A DNA stretch of 63,937 nt, filler included, from Choristocarpus tenellus KU-1152 (Eukaryota; Protista; Phaeophyceae): NCBI GenBank assembly GCA_964200185.2. It is 14 parts of 14 records of this genome, joined end to end, with 100 filler letters (N's around TTAATTAATTAA, not from the genome) between each part and the next. Parts side by side here need not be neighbours in the genome. Positions count along the whole stretch, not along the records: positions 46,683 to 54,280 come from CAXNAD020005899.1; positions 54,381 to 57,761 come from CAXNAD020020418.1; positions 57,862 to 60,532 come from CAXNAD020025775.1; positions 60,633 to 63,937 come from CAXNAD020020919.1; 10 more parts are not named here. One strand, given 5' to 3'. Position 1 is the stretch's first letter, and the number at the start of each line of letters is the position of its first letter. Under the pieces are notes generated by a model. That model saw only the letters and a program-made list of their open reading frames with translations, did no database searches and was not told the DNA's origin. Shown piece after piece: positions 51,810 through 63,937 of this stretch. Made by a program: the position numbers and the translations under genes.

Positions 51810-53266
51810 ATAGTAAGAACAGTTTAACGTGAATAAAGCTGGATGAATGGAATCGTTACTTGCTTACACTTTCGGACATTTGTAATATTATTATTTATTT
51901 CCACATATTGCTGATAACATGTATGCCAATTACCTAGCATTGCAGCAATTGAGAGACAAATGCAAAAAAGAGGAGGATACGTAATATATTCACTGCAGCG
52001 CAATGTATGACACCATTCAACATCATTCAACATCATTCAACATCATTCAACATCATTCAACAACATTCAACAAGCCCTTGCAGCTCTTCCAACTCTAAAA
52101 TACCACTGTGCTGTCACACGATATTTCCTTCGACTCTAACTCTCTACTGCGGTGGGAGACAGTCATACCGTTTATACCCAACTAACACTTCTTCTTGACA
52201 TAATACATATTGGTACAACAAACCAATACAACATACTAATACCCTACGTGGTGTTGAGATTCTTTTTAACATGCCTTGAACAAAAAAAATGTTCTTGCCA
52301 GCTGTGGACGTGAGGAAGGGCTTGTCGGGTATTGGAAGGTGAAGTACTAAGGGGTTTTTCTATGGGTTTGACGCACCTCTTCCGATAGTCCTATAGAAGT
52401 AGAAGTTACTTCCAACATTATATTAGAGTACACGGCATGGCATTTCACTGCTACATCAAACAGCTTCACTTCAACACCTTTTTAGGACTGTTAACCACTG
52501 TATTCATGTAATTGAAGAATACATCACTATCACTGTACAGACCCTTTGATTGGAACTTGCACACATGCAGGCAGTTTCTTGTGCTAACAAGTTCCTACCA
52601 GGGCCTTGGGATACCTTACATCGCCTGGGACAGCACACACATTTTTGGTCATGTATTATCCGGTTATGTATTAACAAAAAATAACTCAGTATTAAATACA
52701 CTTACTTACGCCCACAGATTTTTCAGTTCGCATTCCTAATTTCAATTATTTCAATGCCCATCGCTGATGTATGCGTAGGTGGATCAGCAAGTGAATGAAC
52801 AAGCATTAAAATTAACTTTGAAGGACAATATGCATCCTTATTACTATTAACATATATTCGTTGAACGGGTGGATGGATGGACAACATTGGCGACTTGTGT
52901 AGGTGGGCAACTAGAGAGAGATAGATAACTTGGTGGTTAAGGCATTGGATAGGAAAATGGACATCCAGGGTGAGTGGATGGAGGGAGCAGATGGAATCAG
53001 TCAGTGGGTACCTATACAAATATATATATATACATATATATATATCAGTCGATCAATGTAATTGCAGACAAACTAACCCTAACCCTAACCCAAACTATTG
53101 CAATTTTCACCACGTTATGGATGGGCAGGGGCAATCAATTTGCATAGTAAAGTAGATGAGTATGATAGATGAGTATGATAGATGGGCTTTTCACCTCTAC
53201 AGGCGCCTGGTCTAACCACTCCGGTAGCTTAATCCCTCTCATTGTGCTCGCACCCTCCCCCATCTC
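47944..53266 (-). CDS. EXO84: Exocyst complex component Exo84/EXOC8, partial; exons 53266-53195, 51188-50991, 48617-48508, 48019-47944
   Basis: In-frame splice: LPEWLDQAPVE|LEELLLERKHQDATRLI...LATRLISEICETVTFT|AWGYHEHKRNYSLLIALGHTEDAAAAYVRERSALIR|RSLRKVEVTADPLSFVASLSDMFFDQ. Fits the Exo84 C-terminal pattern WLxxxPExLDxxIAxR; LLxxLG; RSxxI; GDxxxYVxxLSxxFF. Confidence 0.82.
48167..48320. repeat. 13-bp minisatellite (CACACAACTTCAA)n, intronic
   Basis: About 11 copies with variants. Confidence 0.9.
50488..50961. repeat. Long (AGT)n microsatellite with higher-order blocks, intronic
   Basis: About 470 bp; the block GCAGCATTAGTAATAGT recurs three times. Confidence 0.95.
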
Positions 53267-54083
53267 CTGGAGGGTTGTTGGTTCATTCAGGCCGTAAGTG
53301 TTGGTGTTCTTAACTGGTTTGAACAGTTTTACAGGATAGGAACTGGTTTGAACAGTTTTACAGGTTAGGAACTGGTTTGAAACAATTTTTAGGTGGGTTT
53401 GTGGATTGAGGGGCTCTGCGACCTAAGTCTTGACAGCAACTTAGGGTTAGGGTTGGGACTAGAAGAAAAACTTGCGTATTTTAAGTTTTAAAATAAAGTG
53501 TTAAAATAAAGTGTTAAAATAAAATGTTAACCCCAGCAATAACAAACAAAAGAAAATTAATAAATAATACACACATGCGATACTCTCATACACATATACT
53601 CCGAAATGTGCATATGTTACAGTTTCATTAAAAAAATATGCATGTGATACTCTCTCCCGAGTACATCATCATTTGTAAGTGAATCATCCACACACTTAGG
53701 GGCACTCAAATCTCTGTAGCCATCTGTAGCCATCTGTAGCCATCTGTAGCACTGCTTCGACACAAGAACCAGCTAACCCATCTACCAAGGATGACAGAAC
53801 ATATTGAACCCTCCTCCATACAATTAGGCATCATCATTTATTGAACCCCTTGGTGCTCATCGCCCCTATGGTGGACACATTTCTCGATCACATGGCACTT
53901 TGTAGGTTGCTCTGTAGCACACCCACTCAGCCACAAGCTCAAACATATAGTCCAAAGGACAGACAACACAATGTGTTGCATTCAGAACCCAAATGCCTCA
54001 GGACTATAGGCAACAAGGCACTGTCTAGACAAAATGCCAGGGGGAAAGGGCTCCAACCTCTTGTCCTGAAAAGTTGCGCCGTA

Positions 54084-54280
54084 AGATTAATAAGCTTAGA
54101 TTAATAAGCTTAGATTAATAAGCTTAGATTAATAAGCTTAGATTAATAAGCTTAGATTAATAAGCTTAGATTAATAAGCTTAGATTAATAAGCTTAGATT
54201 AATAAGCTTAGATTAATAAGCTTAGATTAATAAGCTTAGATTAATAAGCTTAGATTAATAAGCTTAGATTAATAAGCTTA
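54084..54280. repeat. Perfect 14-bp tandem repeat (AGATTAATAAGCTT) x14
   Basis: No variants; runs into the gap. Confidence 0.95.
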
Positions 54281-54380
54281 NNNNNNNNNNNNNNNNNNNN
54301 NNNNNNNNNNNNNNNNNNNNNNNNTTAATTAATTAANNNNNNNNNNNNNNNNNNNNNNNNNNNNNNNNNNNNNNNNNNNN

Positions 54381-54482
54381 GAAATATTTTGGAGTAGGTG
54401 AAAGTCGTATAAACTCCAAGGGAAGCCAAGCCCCAAATGGACAAACAGGGCAAAACTAGTACCCTCTAAGATATTTTCACTC
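54381..54482 (-). mobile_element. MITE family A, partial at contig start
   Basis: Ends TACCCTCTAAGATATTTTCACTC. Confidence 0.9.
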
Positions 54483-55269
54483 GTGACCAAGTACCAGCCC
54501 CACTACACGGTGAAAGATAGAGAAAAGCGAGTCAGTAACCCCTATGAGGTCAAATGGGGGAATGGTGACTTGCGAAATATGCAGCTCCTTGTCTCCAACA
54601 CTACAGTGTTGACCAAGACGCTCCTACACGGGCCTGGTTCCGGACAAATCCCACACTGACACCATGCTGATGACATTCACGGCTTTGAGGAGCAACATAG
54701 GCCAATTTCTGTTCGTGAGTCACCCTCTCTACTTCACCAGTCCGACACATGCCTCGACAGACATGTAATGATGGAGAGACCGGACGTTCTCTAAATCGAC
54801 ATACTTATGCATTTGGTATACTGAATTTATTATCTTCCCAAAGAGTTTGTGTTCATGTGTCCTCATACACATGTTTTTATTGGCCCGGTGGCAACCAAAT
54901 TTTCGTCTCCATTATTGATGCATTCTGCCACCATAATCTATAATACCTTTACTGCCATGCCCCATCCTTCTTCCTCCCCCCTTTGCGCTGATCGGACCAC
55001 AGAGCAATTGACAGAAACCTTACCACAAATACGTTGTCGCTCAAGCATCTCGTACTCCACACCACCACCTTCAGCACAAGTCGAGATTTCCACAACATAT
55101 GACATGTCTTCCACATTCAAACCAAGCGGCGGCAACAAACCACAATCCAGTCTTTGAACCCAACGACAACTTCCCTGAGCCATAAAAACGTAGTCGACAC
55201 CCTCTCAAGCACCAAGTGTAGATCCTGAATGCACTTTAGCCCAAAATACATCATATTAGGACGGTAAGT

Positions 55270-55445
55270 GGGTCAACGTATCTTGGGGGGTGGTGGTTTG
55301 TCATAATTCGTCCGTTTCTGACCGGAGGAATTACTCAAAAATCATAGCAATTACTGTCTTCGGTCGCGGACGTTTCACGACAGAAGACAGCAATTGCTAT
55401 GATTTTTGAGCACTTCGTCCGGACTAAAACGGACGCCCCCTCACA

Positions 55446-55481
<36 letters not shown>

Positions 55482-55594
55482 ACCCCCCCCCACCCCCCAA
55501 CCCCCACACCACACACCCCNNNNNNNNNNCTCCGCCCGGACAAAAACGGCCCCCCCCCCCAAAACCGCCCCCCCCCCCCCAGATACTTTGACCC
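55270..55594. mobile_element. MITE family C, foldback copy
   Basis: GGGTCAACGTATCTT ... AGATACTTTGACCC; internal arms 55309-55366 and 55378-55435 are near-perfect inverted repeats. Right part is poorly assembled. Confidence 0.82.
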
Positions 55595-57650
55595 AATAGC
55601 TGTTCAACATAGAAGAATATAGACATTGTGTCTTTCATTAACTATATCCAGCAGGAAGTTCACCTTACCAAACGGGTAAGCAAGCAACAACAGACAGGGG
55701 GGTGGCAGCATTTGCACCATAGTTACAATATTCACAGCACCTTTCAGCGGTACTTTCTCCAGAATGGCGTTTTGGCTTTTTTTTCCCCTCGATCTTGGAT
55801 CAGCAACTGAGTTGTCTGCTGTACGATATGAAATCACACACATAGTGATGTCGTATCTTATACAAATTCTCTTGGTGTCTCTTAAGAAATAAACAAATAT
55901 CCACATCTCTCTTACCATATACTAGAAGAGCACTCCGGACTAGTATCAGGTTGCGGAATATTTTGTAAGGTGCTAATGTTTTAGATCAACGAAACAGAAA
56001 ACAATAGTAGTGTTCCACGATTGAAAGGGAGAGACACGGTTTAGAGGAGATGGCCAAGACTTTCTACAAGGGCTAAATGAGAAGGAAAAAAGGTTATCCT
56101 TAAGGTTGGAGTCAAAGTAATGAAAGGTACCCAGAGCTTTCTAAGGATGCTGACAAACGTTTTCAAAAATCTTCTTTCCTTACAAAGGTGTAAAGGACAT
56201 TTTGTGCATTGTGTCAAAAGAAAATTTCAACAATAGAAAAATAAACGCTCTCAGGTCAAACTCAGAACTTCACCCATAAAAATATGGGTGACTTGAAAAA
56301 GATTATTTACGACCTTAATACGCAAATCGATTAAATCCTGGGTAACTCTCTCGTTCACTTTGACTCACATCCTGACCATCTATCTATAGAATGGTGAATT
56401 ATACAGAATGTTTGAGAGGGAAAGACGTCAACCTTGATGTCATTTGATGCAACTTAACTACTAAAATGTCCCAGCATAGTCAGGGCGTACATCTTATTCA
56501 TTTTCGCACCAAGAGCACAGCTACTCACGAACACGGAAAGGTTTCAGGCCAACTCTGATGGTAGCGTCAGTAGGTAGTCTGGGAGGGGCCCATTGAGAAG
56601 GTGGATATATAACTTTTTTCATTTTGAGCACATCTTCGCACAATCCGTTGTTCGACTCAAGATTATCCGTCCCTGTTGTGATAACATTGCTGTTGGCGTC
56701 GTTGCTGACACTCTCCATCTTCACACCCTTCCCTCCCGCATCCTTCTCTTCTGCAAGCAGCATAGACTTCCTCGAACAAAAGGGAGTCACAACGTTGTGG
56801 AATGCTGTAGTCCTTCCCATGTTAGACGTGCTTATTCTATAGAGTCGTCAATTGGGTGCCTACAGGAAATGAGTTGAGAAGGAAGGAATGTGGACCAAAC
56901 TCACAAATATATATTTGGCCGTCAACGATGACAGTTACTGACAAAGTAGGCAAACATCAAAGAATAGGCTCGTTCAAGGAACTCATGTTTAGGATGATAA
57001 CCTCCTCTACTGTGCGTTGACTTAACCCGACCAAGGCGGAATAGTTAGTAGTAGCAGTAGTAGCAGTAGTAGCAGTAGTAGTAGAAGTAGTCTTACCACC
57101 AGTGCAACACTACCTTACCAAAATATGTTAACACTTCAAGGGCAGTGTGTTGGTACTGATGTGGATGTGATTCAGTCGGTATTTTAGAGCGGCAGCAGAG
57201 GAGGTTCTCACCCTGAACACACAACAACTCCCTTGAGTACGGACCTGGGTTTTGGTGCTTGCCTATGTCACTATCTACCATTGCTGTAGTCAAAATCGTT
57301 TTTTTATACAAGAGACCAGTTGGACCCTCCTTGTGTCCTGTTTCTGGGGTCAAACAACACAGAACATGATATGTGTCAGTGGCAGCACACCTACTGGCAC
57401 CCCATCATCCTCCACGAGTTGATGGAGTCTTTGGGCATCTGCAAAGAAGGCGCGAGGTTCACAACTTTCAACACTTACTTCTGTACGGCCTATTGCATCT
57501 TGAAAGTCTCTCTCCCTCTTCAAAGCAAACCTCATCGGGGGTTTTGTGTTTAACTCACGATAACCAAGGGCTTGAAGTAGTGGGTAACATTGAGCCAAAC
57601 CAATTGAGAGGTAGACAGGTTTAAATCATTTTGCATTCTAACTCACCTTT

Positions 57651-57761
57651 GGGTCAAAGTATCTTAGGGGGGGGGGTGGTTTGTTAGGGGGCCCCCCTTT
57701 CGGTTCAAGAACCGTTTTTTTTGCTGGGCTTTTAAATCCGGCACGTAGCGCCCAATCACAC
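57651..57761. mobile_element. MITE family C terminus
   Basis: GGGTCAAAGTATCTTAGGGG..GGTGGTTTGT; another end at 63919-63937. Confidence 0.78.
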
Positions 57762-58359
57762 NNNNNNNNNNNNNNNNNNNNNNNNNNNNNNNNNNNNNNN
57801 NNNNNTTAATTAATTAANNNNNNNNNNNNNNNNNNNNNNNNNNNNNNNNNNNNNNNNNNNNGTCGTGCATTGTGGCCTTGAACTTGAGGCATTTCCATGG
57901 CCCAATTTAGACACCATGCAACCCTTGTGTCTGAAATTTTGCAGATTCGTGTTGCTGTCTCTTACTGCGTGTTCACTGATGCCCTTGCTATCCTTAACAC
58001 AATACCAACCTTTCGCAGTGAACGCTCATGCTACCTGTGCCTGCTTGGCCTCCATATTTTAATATTACTCATGATCAAAGCTATACTTGATAGCTCAATA
58101 AGCAAAATAGTATATATTGGGACATGAGACAAATTTTACAGGACTTGTGTCTTGTTCATCCAGCTGTCAAGATTGGAGCTCATTACATTGTGTAGAAGAC
58201 CTACTGCAGAAGACTTGCTCTGAGTGCAATTATCTTCTGTCTCTTGTCTAGTTTTTTTTTTCAAGATTGGGTACTGCTGTGTGTTGTACTGAGAATATGC
58301 ACCAACCTTCATCTCAGTATTTGTCTTCTAAATCGATCTTTCCCCCCACCTGGATGCAG

Positions 58360-59630
58360 TCACTCATGCCTTCTGGAGTGGACGTGACCAAGATGCTGTT
58401 CATGACAGGAATTGACACCTCAGTGGCAGGAATCGACGGCTGCCGGGTCACTCGTTGCGGCTACACCGGTGAAGATGGATATGAGGTAGGACCTTCGTCG
58501 TTTCATTTTCCTGCCAACCTTGGTTTAACCTGCCTGCCATTTGACATCACATCTCCCTCAACCTCCCTGTCCCCAACCCTTCACCCAAGTGCTACCGCAG
58601 TTCTTCATTACAGGAAATACAAGCTTCCAGATGAGACAATATTAAGCACCTGTCTGACCTTCATGATTCTTCGTGCTCTTCAACTCTGGGAAAACCCATT
58701 GTGCCTTCCCCACCCCCCACCCCCTCTAAAACTCTTTTTTCACTCTCCTACTTACGTGAGTTTCACCATTTGCCCGTGAATCCCTTGGGGGGGGGGTTAT
58801 TCTTTCGTGTTTGTTTTTATTTTTTTAAGGTGAGTGTTCCGTATGACCAGGCTGTGGCCCTTGCACAGTCCCTACTGGCTGCTCCCGCAGTCAAGGTTGC
58901 CGGCCTTGGTGCTCGTGATGCTCTTCGACTGGAGGCGGGGCTGTGTCTTTACGGAAATGACATTGATGGCACAACCAACCCGGTGGAGGGTGCACTGGCA
59001 TGGTGAGCCGTTTTGCAGTTATGTGTGCCTGGGCAGAGTGTTTACATTTTTTGTTTCACTGGGGACGGCAAGTTTGGTGAGCATGTTGAAGTGTGGTTGC
59101 TGTCAAAAGCAGGACTGGTATTTCAGAATTGTCTGTGTCACTGTCTGTGTATCACAGAATGGCAGCAATGATTAGGTTTGTTGCATGAAATTCAGCAGTT
59201 TAGCTCTACTAAGCATCGATTTGAGCAACATACATCCATAGGCACATTCAGCTACAACAAGATGGGAAAAGATGTGTCACTTCACCTGTGATTTCTGTCA
59301 AGCCAACTCCAGTACATATTTTGTTGCTTGAACATATCCATCTACGAATTGTATTGTTATTTTTGTGTTTCTTCATTGTGCAATTAATGTCTCAGTATGA
59401 TAACTAGAAGTGCCTAGCTTGGGAGAGTTGTCTGAGCCCCTCCATTCCAGACCTCCCAGGTACATGCCACCTCCCATTCCGTCTAGCTCAAATACCGCTC
59501 CAATAACCACGAGATTTTGTGTCCCTCCACCTACTCCACCAGGACCATGGGGGGACCAAAGGGGCGCCGACGGATTGAGCAGGGTTTCCTTGGATGTGAG
59601 CACTTCCTCAATCCGGATGGAAAGCTCAAG
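58360..59630 (+). CDS. gcvT: Glycine cleavage system T protein (aminomethyltransferase), internal exons 58360-58485, 58830-59002, 59543-59630
   Basis: [15 protein letters not shown]|VSVP...[33 protein letters not shown]|[29 protein letters not shown]; GT-AG sites with consistent phases. Confidence 0.96.
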
Positions 59631-60495
59631 GTTAGAATCAGGCCCGTCACTGCAATGTACTGCGGGCACCTTACTTGAAGCATTCGTTTCATTGTAGAGT
59701 AAGATGCAACGGACAAAGTCTCCCCATGTTTGAATTTATTGTTCCTGAAGTCGCTGGAAATGGAAAAGTCTTTTTCATGTGGCAAGATGATATCTATCTT
59801 CTCGCACTTGTCAACCACTGATGAAGAACATTTGTATATCCGCATACATACATACATACACACGTGCCATTTGGGGGGAGATTAGAAGCAGACAAGGAAA
59901 CGTGTGGGCCTCATCGGGATGAAGCAGCCAGCAAGGGGTGGTACTGAGATCTTTGATGCTGAGGGCAAGGAGAAGATAGGATCGGTGAGAGCAATCTATC
60001 AGCCACACTCGAAATGAACATACTTGTAGGGGGTGAGGTTCCTTCAGAGTTGAGGAAAATAGTCATTCTGAAGGCAGTGTGCGTTCGCCTAAGCCTACTG
60101 GTGTCGTAATGGCAAGGGCATTGATTGATGTGTCTTGTTTGTCCTCCTTTGATTGGTGCAAGGATGAAAACAAATTAATAAATTTGTTAAAATGGTGAAA
60201 CTCTCAGTCTCTCTCTTGTTGCTGTAAACTCGGTGAATGAGAAACACCATGATAAAACTGTATTCAGGAAGGGGGGCTTGTGAGCAAGAATGTGTAAGAT
60301 TGAACTGATTCAAAACACTTTTTTTGGTCAGATATGGTTGTGTCCGTCTTCTGCTTATGATTGGTCGTGCACAGCTTTTGTCCATCTTCATAGGGCTGCA
60401 AGGAATTTTGTCAAAGGGGCCCTCAACTGTGACATGCTGATGTCACTGGTTAGACCTACCTGATTCTGCAATGCTTTTTTTTCACATGTCCAGCT

Positions 60496-60532
60496 GACCC
60501 AAAGTATCTGGGAGGGAGGGGGTCTACACCAG
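60496..60532 (+). mobile_element. MITE family B end at contig end
   Basis: GACCCAAAGTATCTGGG..GTCTACACC. Confidence 0.85.
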
Positions 60533-60632
60533 NNNNNNNNNNNNNNNNNNNNNNNNNNNNNNNNNNNNNNNNNNNNTTAATTAATTAANNNNNNNNNNNN
60601 NNNNNNNNNNNNNNNNNNNNNNNNNNNNNNNN

Positions 60633-60740
60633 TTACCGAAACATTTTGGAGTAGGAAAATTTCACAAAAAAAAACATGGGAAGCCAAGCTCCAAATGGAC
60701 AAATGGGGCAAAACTTGTACCCTCTAAGATACTTTCGCTC
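60633..60740 (-). mobile_element. MITE family A, partial at contig start
   Basis: Ends TACCCTCTAAGATACTTTCGCTC. Confidence 0.9.
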
Positions 60741-61061
60741 ATACGTGTTCACGCAGACTTCGAATTGATTCTTTCTATTTCTTGCAGGACAGATAACCCT
60801 GGTATCTTGTTCTGAGTTTAACCAACTGAGAGGTAGGCAGGGTTGCATTTTGAGAATGGTGAAGGAAGGGAGAAAAGATGCCATTTACAGAGTCTTTGCT
60901 TAATTGTGGTGCCACTTTGTGTGTGGAAAGGGGAGTATCAACTTTGCGTACAACAATGAACGCATGAAACAACGAAATAGAGTGTATTGCACAGGGTATG
61001 AAAGATGTCTTGATGCAAAAGGGTCCAGGCCTGCTGACCTCTCAACTGGTTTGACTCTTTT

Positions 61062-61320
61062 GAGTGAAAGTATCTTAGAGGGTACGAGATTTGCCCTGTT
61101 TGTCCATTTGGGGCTTGGCTTCCCATGTATTTTTTTATGACATTTTCCTACTCCGAAATGTTTTCTGACTAGATAAAATGTATGCGTTGTGAAAAGGTGT
61201 GTCTGGAACATAGATATTTACACTTCCTAACAAATATGATAACTAAAATTACATCAAGTTGCAACATTGAATTTTTACCCCCAAATGGACGCGACGCTAC
61301 CCTCTAAGATACTTTGATTC
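61062..61320 (+). mobile_element. MITE family A, full copy (259 bp)
   Basis: GAGTGAAAGTATCTTAGAGGGTA ... TACCCTCTAAGATACTTTGATTC; flanks TTTT/ATTT. Confidence 0.94.
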
Positions 61321-63521
61321 ATTTATAGTTTTAGGATGTAGCCCCCTTGTGAGACCTCGACCCCACTCTCTGCTTTAAGTATATGTTGATACACACTCGA
61401 GTGAGACCTATTCACAGTAAGTGCATTCACATTCTTCACGAGGGAAAAAGTCTCAGAGCATGCATCACTAACCTACACTACGGAATAGTACTGTACTGTG
61501 TACAGTACGGATCAGCCTCTTGATAGAGCATGTCACAACATACCATCACATTGAATTTCACCGGTGCTTCAGTGCACTGGGCCACCTCTCCGCGTTACAA
61601 TACTACTTCAAGCCTCTACACAGAGCACCTCCTCAGAATCAACGATCGTCCAATTCAAGGTCTTAACAAGTCATGAACCTCACACGATTCAACACCCCAC
61701 CTATTTATTATGGGTCTAACTCCACAATATATTACTAGAGATTTGAAGCAATATCTTGTAAGTAGACGAATTTTTGTTTTACCTGAATAGAAATATATGT
61801 TCACTCACGTTTGTGATCTGCCCAACATTTCTAATTTAATTTGTCAACTTTAGCAGTATAATAAGACTCAAACTTCAAACTCCCCGAAAAACAACTTATG
61901 TATATGTAATAGGGCTCAAAATTCAAAACAACTTATGTATTGACAGATCAACAGACAACTGGACAAACAGGAATTACTTAGTCTTACATGGTACGTCCAT
62001 CACAAAGGAAAATACATATGTATAGACCAATGCCGTTGCTGGTAGCACTTCCTTTATTCAAGATATTTTTAATCTTTGGAACAAGTATGTGCGATTGGAC
62101 AGGTAGGCAATATGTGGGAGGACAAGAGTCGGTACTGGTAATGAGGTGAAGTATACATCCTGTGGAGGTAACCTTCTGGAGCGAGTCGTAACATGGAGGT
62201 CCTACCGAGACTTCCAAGTTGTAACAATGCAGACATACGGGCATATAGACGAATGGACAGACAGGACTTGGTTTAACATGGTATGTAAAAGAAAGGGGTC
62301 CCTAGGGGCCTTTTCGAGGAATAATTTTTGGTAATATTACATCAAAAATAAAACAAGTGTTACAACACGCCCCAGAACTCACCTTCACAGATGTGTAACT
62401 CTAATCCAACAACCTAAAAACGACGCTACGGGGGGGGTACTTCCAGAGATGATGACCACGGATGGTGTCGGGTGATGCTTCGCTCAGTCGATATTTCACT
62501 TTTCACTTTATCAAAAGAGGCTATGGTAAGGATCACAAGTACTGAATTGTGTGGTCAGCAACTGAGCCTTTTATTAACGTCAATCACCGTTTTTCTACAG
62601 CCAAAGAGTTAAATGACATTTGCAAACTGCTGTATAAATTCTCCAATCATAAATCTTCATTCTGGAACTTCCAGGAATTGACGTTTATTCTGTGATGTTA
62701 TGTATGCATTTCGAATCTTACTCTGCATCTTCTATCACTATTCGCCTGTAACATACCCCCCAGCGTGAACTAGCAATACGTGTTTCACGCTTACCACAGG
62801 CGATTATCACCGATGAAGGCAATAGATTTCATCAATCACCTCAGATCATCCTGTAGCAAAGAGAAAGAAAGAGAAAAAAAACCCTAACTCCTACTAGGTC
62901 CAAAACATATATCCTTGTTATTTGCTTGGAGAAATCTGTCTGCGTCTAGCCTAATCTGAGTATACGTTTACTCTTTCTATAGGACAGCTTCCTTGAGGTG
63001 CCAAGTATCATCTGATTATTGCCTGCCTCATGCCCCCCAAGCACGAAGCATACTGACGGCTGCTAGTGCGTAGAACAGGCAATAATCAACATCAGCAACA
63101 ACAAAAAATGAGGCAAGGGACAGAAAAGAGAGGACTCTGAAGAAAGATAAAACGAAAAAAGAAATCAAGGGGATCAGGTACCTGGTCTGACGAAAAGGAC
63201 AGAAAAAAAATGATGCGAGGGATAGTGAAAAAAAAGAATGGAAATAAAATATACAAAGGAAAATAGAACAAAACACGGAATAAAGGGTATTAGGTACCTG
63301 GTCCACAGAAAAGAAAAAAAAATGACAAAAATATGCATCTTATATAAATTACTGTCTGTTCTGATGGAGTTCATTCATGTTTCTGACGTCTGCTGTCTTA
63401 CATTCCATGCAGGGATTATGACTATCAATGCTTGATTCCTGTGTTCTTACATGGATGGGTTAGTCCTCACGTACCTTGTCTTCCGGATGTACAGTGGTTA
63501 CCTGTTGGATAGGTTTTAGGA

Positions 63522-63815
63522 GAAGCGACTCATTTCGCTTTTGTTGAATTCCTCCCAAACTCCATAATTAAATCGTACCCTCCAGTAAGGTGGCTTGAAG
63601 TCAAAAACTGTACCTGTGTACTACTTATTTCTTCCTTTCTCGTCTTTCCACGACTTCTTGACAGTAGTACCTGTGGGGGAAAGGCGTAATGCATCCTCTC
63701 GGGACAAGGGTTTTCCTTGGCGAGAGGTGTCAGTCGGACGTGGGCTCGTGTCTGGATTGTAGAGGTTCCAGAGGGGATGGAAGACATCCAACTGTAGTGG
63801 GGTGAAGCTATCCAT
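63522..63815 (-). pseudogene. Tudor-like domain remnant, probably TE-derived
   Basis: Read through one TAG: GTTVKKSWKDEKGRNK*YTGTVFDFKPPYWRVRFNYGVWEEFNKSEM, resembling YxGxV..YxVxYxDGDxEEL. Confidence 0.55.
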
Positions 63816-63937
63816 ATCTTCTTTTTCAGCTACTCAATCTGACAATTCTCCATTTTGATACTTCCCCTCGTACTCCCTGTGCCATACATTGCATGGCGAC
63901 AATACTGCTTTTCTATCAGGGTCAACGTATCTGGGGG

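Noticed and set aside
47944-59630. Functional cluster of Exo84 and gcvT
   Set aside because: The genes are on different contigs joined by artificial linkers.

Overview
Eukaryotic nuclear DNA, not one locus: 14 short contigs joined by 13 artificial 100-bp linkers (Ns + TTAATTAATTAA + Ns), so adjacency across linkers means nothing. Gene style (short exons, long repeat-filled introns), the glycine-cleavage T protein sequence, interstitial TTAGGG and the retroelement types suggest a brown alga or related photosynthetic stramenopile (inference). Partial host genes I could splice by eye: exocyst Exo84 (4 exons, one apparently with a GC donor), glycine cleavage T protein (3 exons), an alpha/beta hydrolase (2 exons), a hypothetical protein (last 3 exons) and one atypical tRNA-Pro(UGG). 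The rest is layered transposon debris: Ty3/Gypsy, Helitron-type Pif1 helicase, plant-type mariner, CRE-like LINE ends, and TA-targeting MITEs. The most interesting signal is a clan of three MITE families (A about 258 bp, 15 copies; B about 182 bp, 7 copies; C, 6 ends). They share a bipartite end: G-N4-AAAGTATCT at the terminus plus an internal GTCC(A/G)TTT box. In A and B this box lies 31-32 bp from one end and 41-44 bp from the other, about one helical turn apart. They have both 3-bp and 4-bp target duplications, and B sits twice at almost the same spot inside A. No transposase for them is visible here. All homology calls are from motif recognition by eye; no searches were run.
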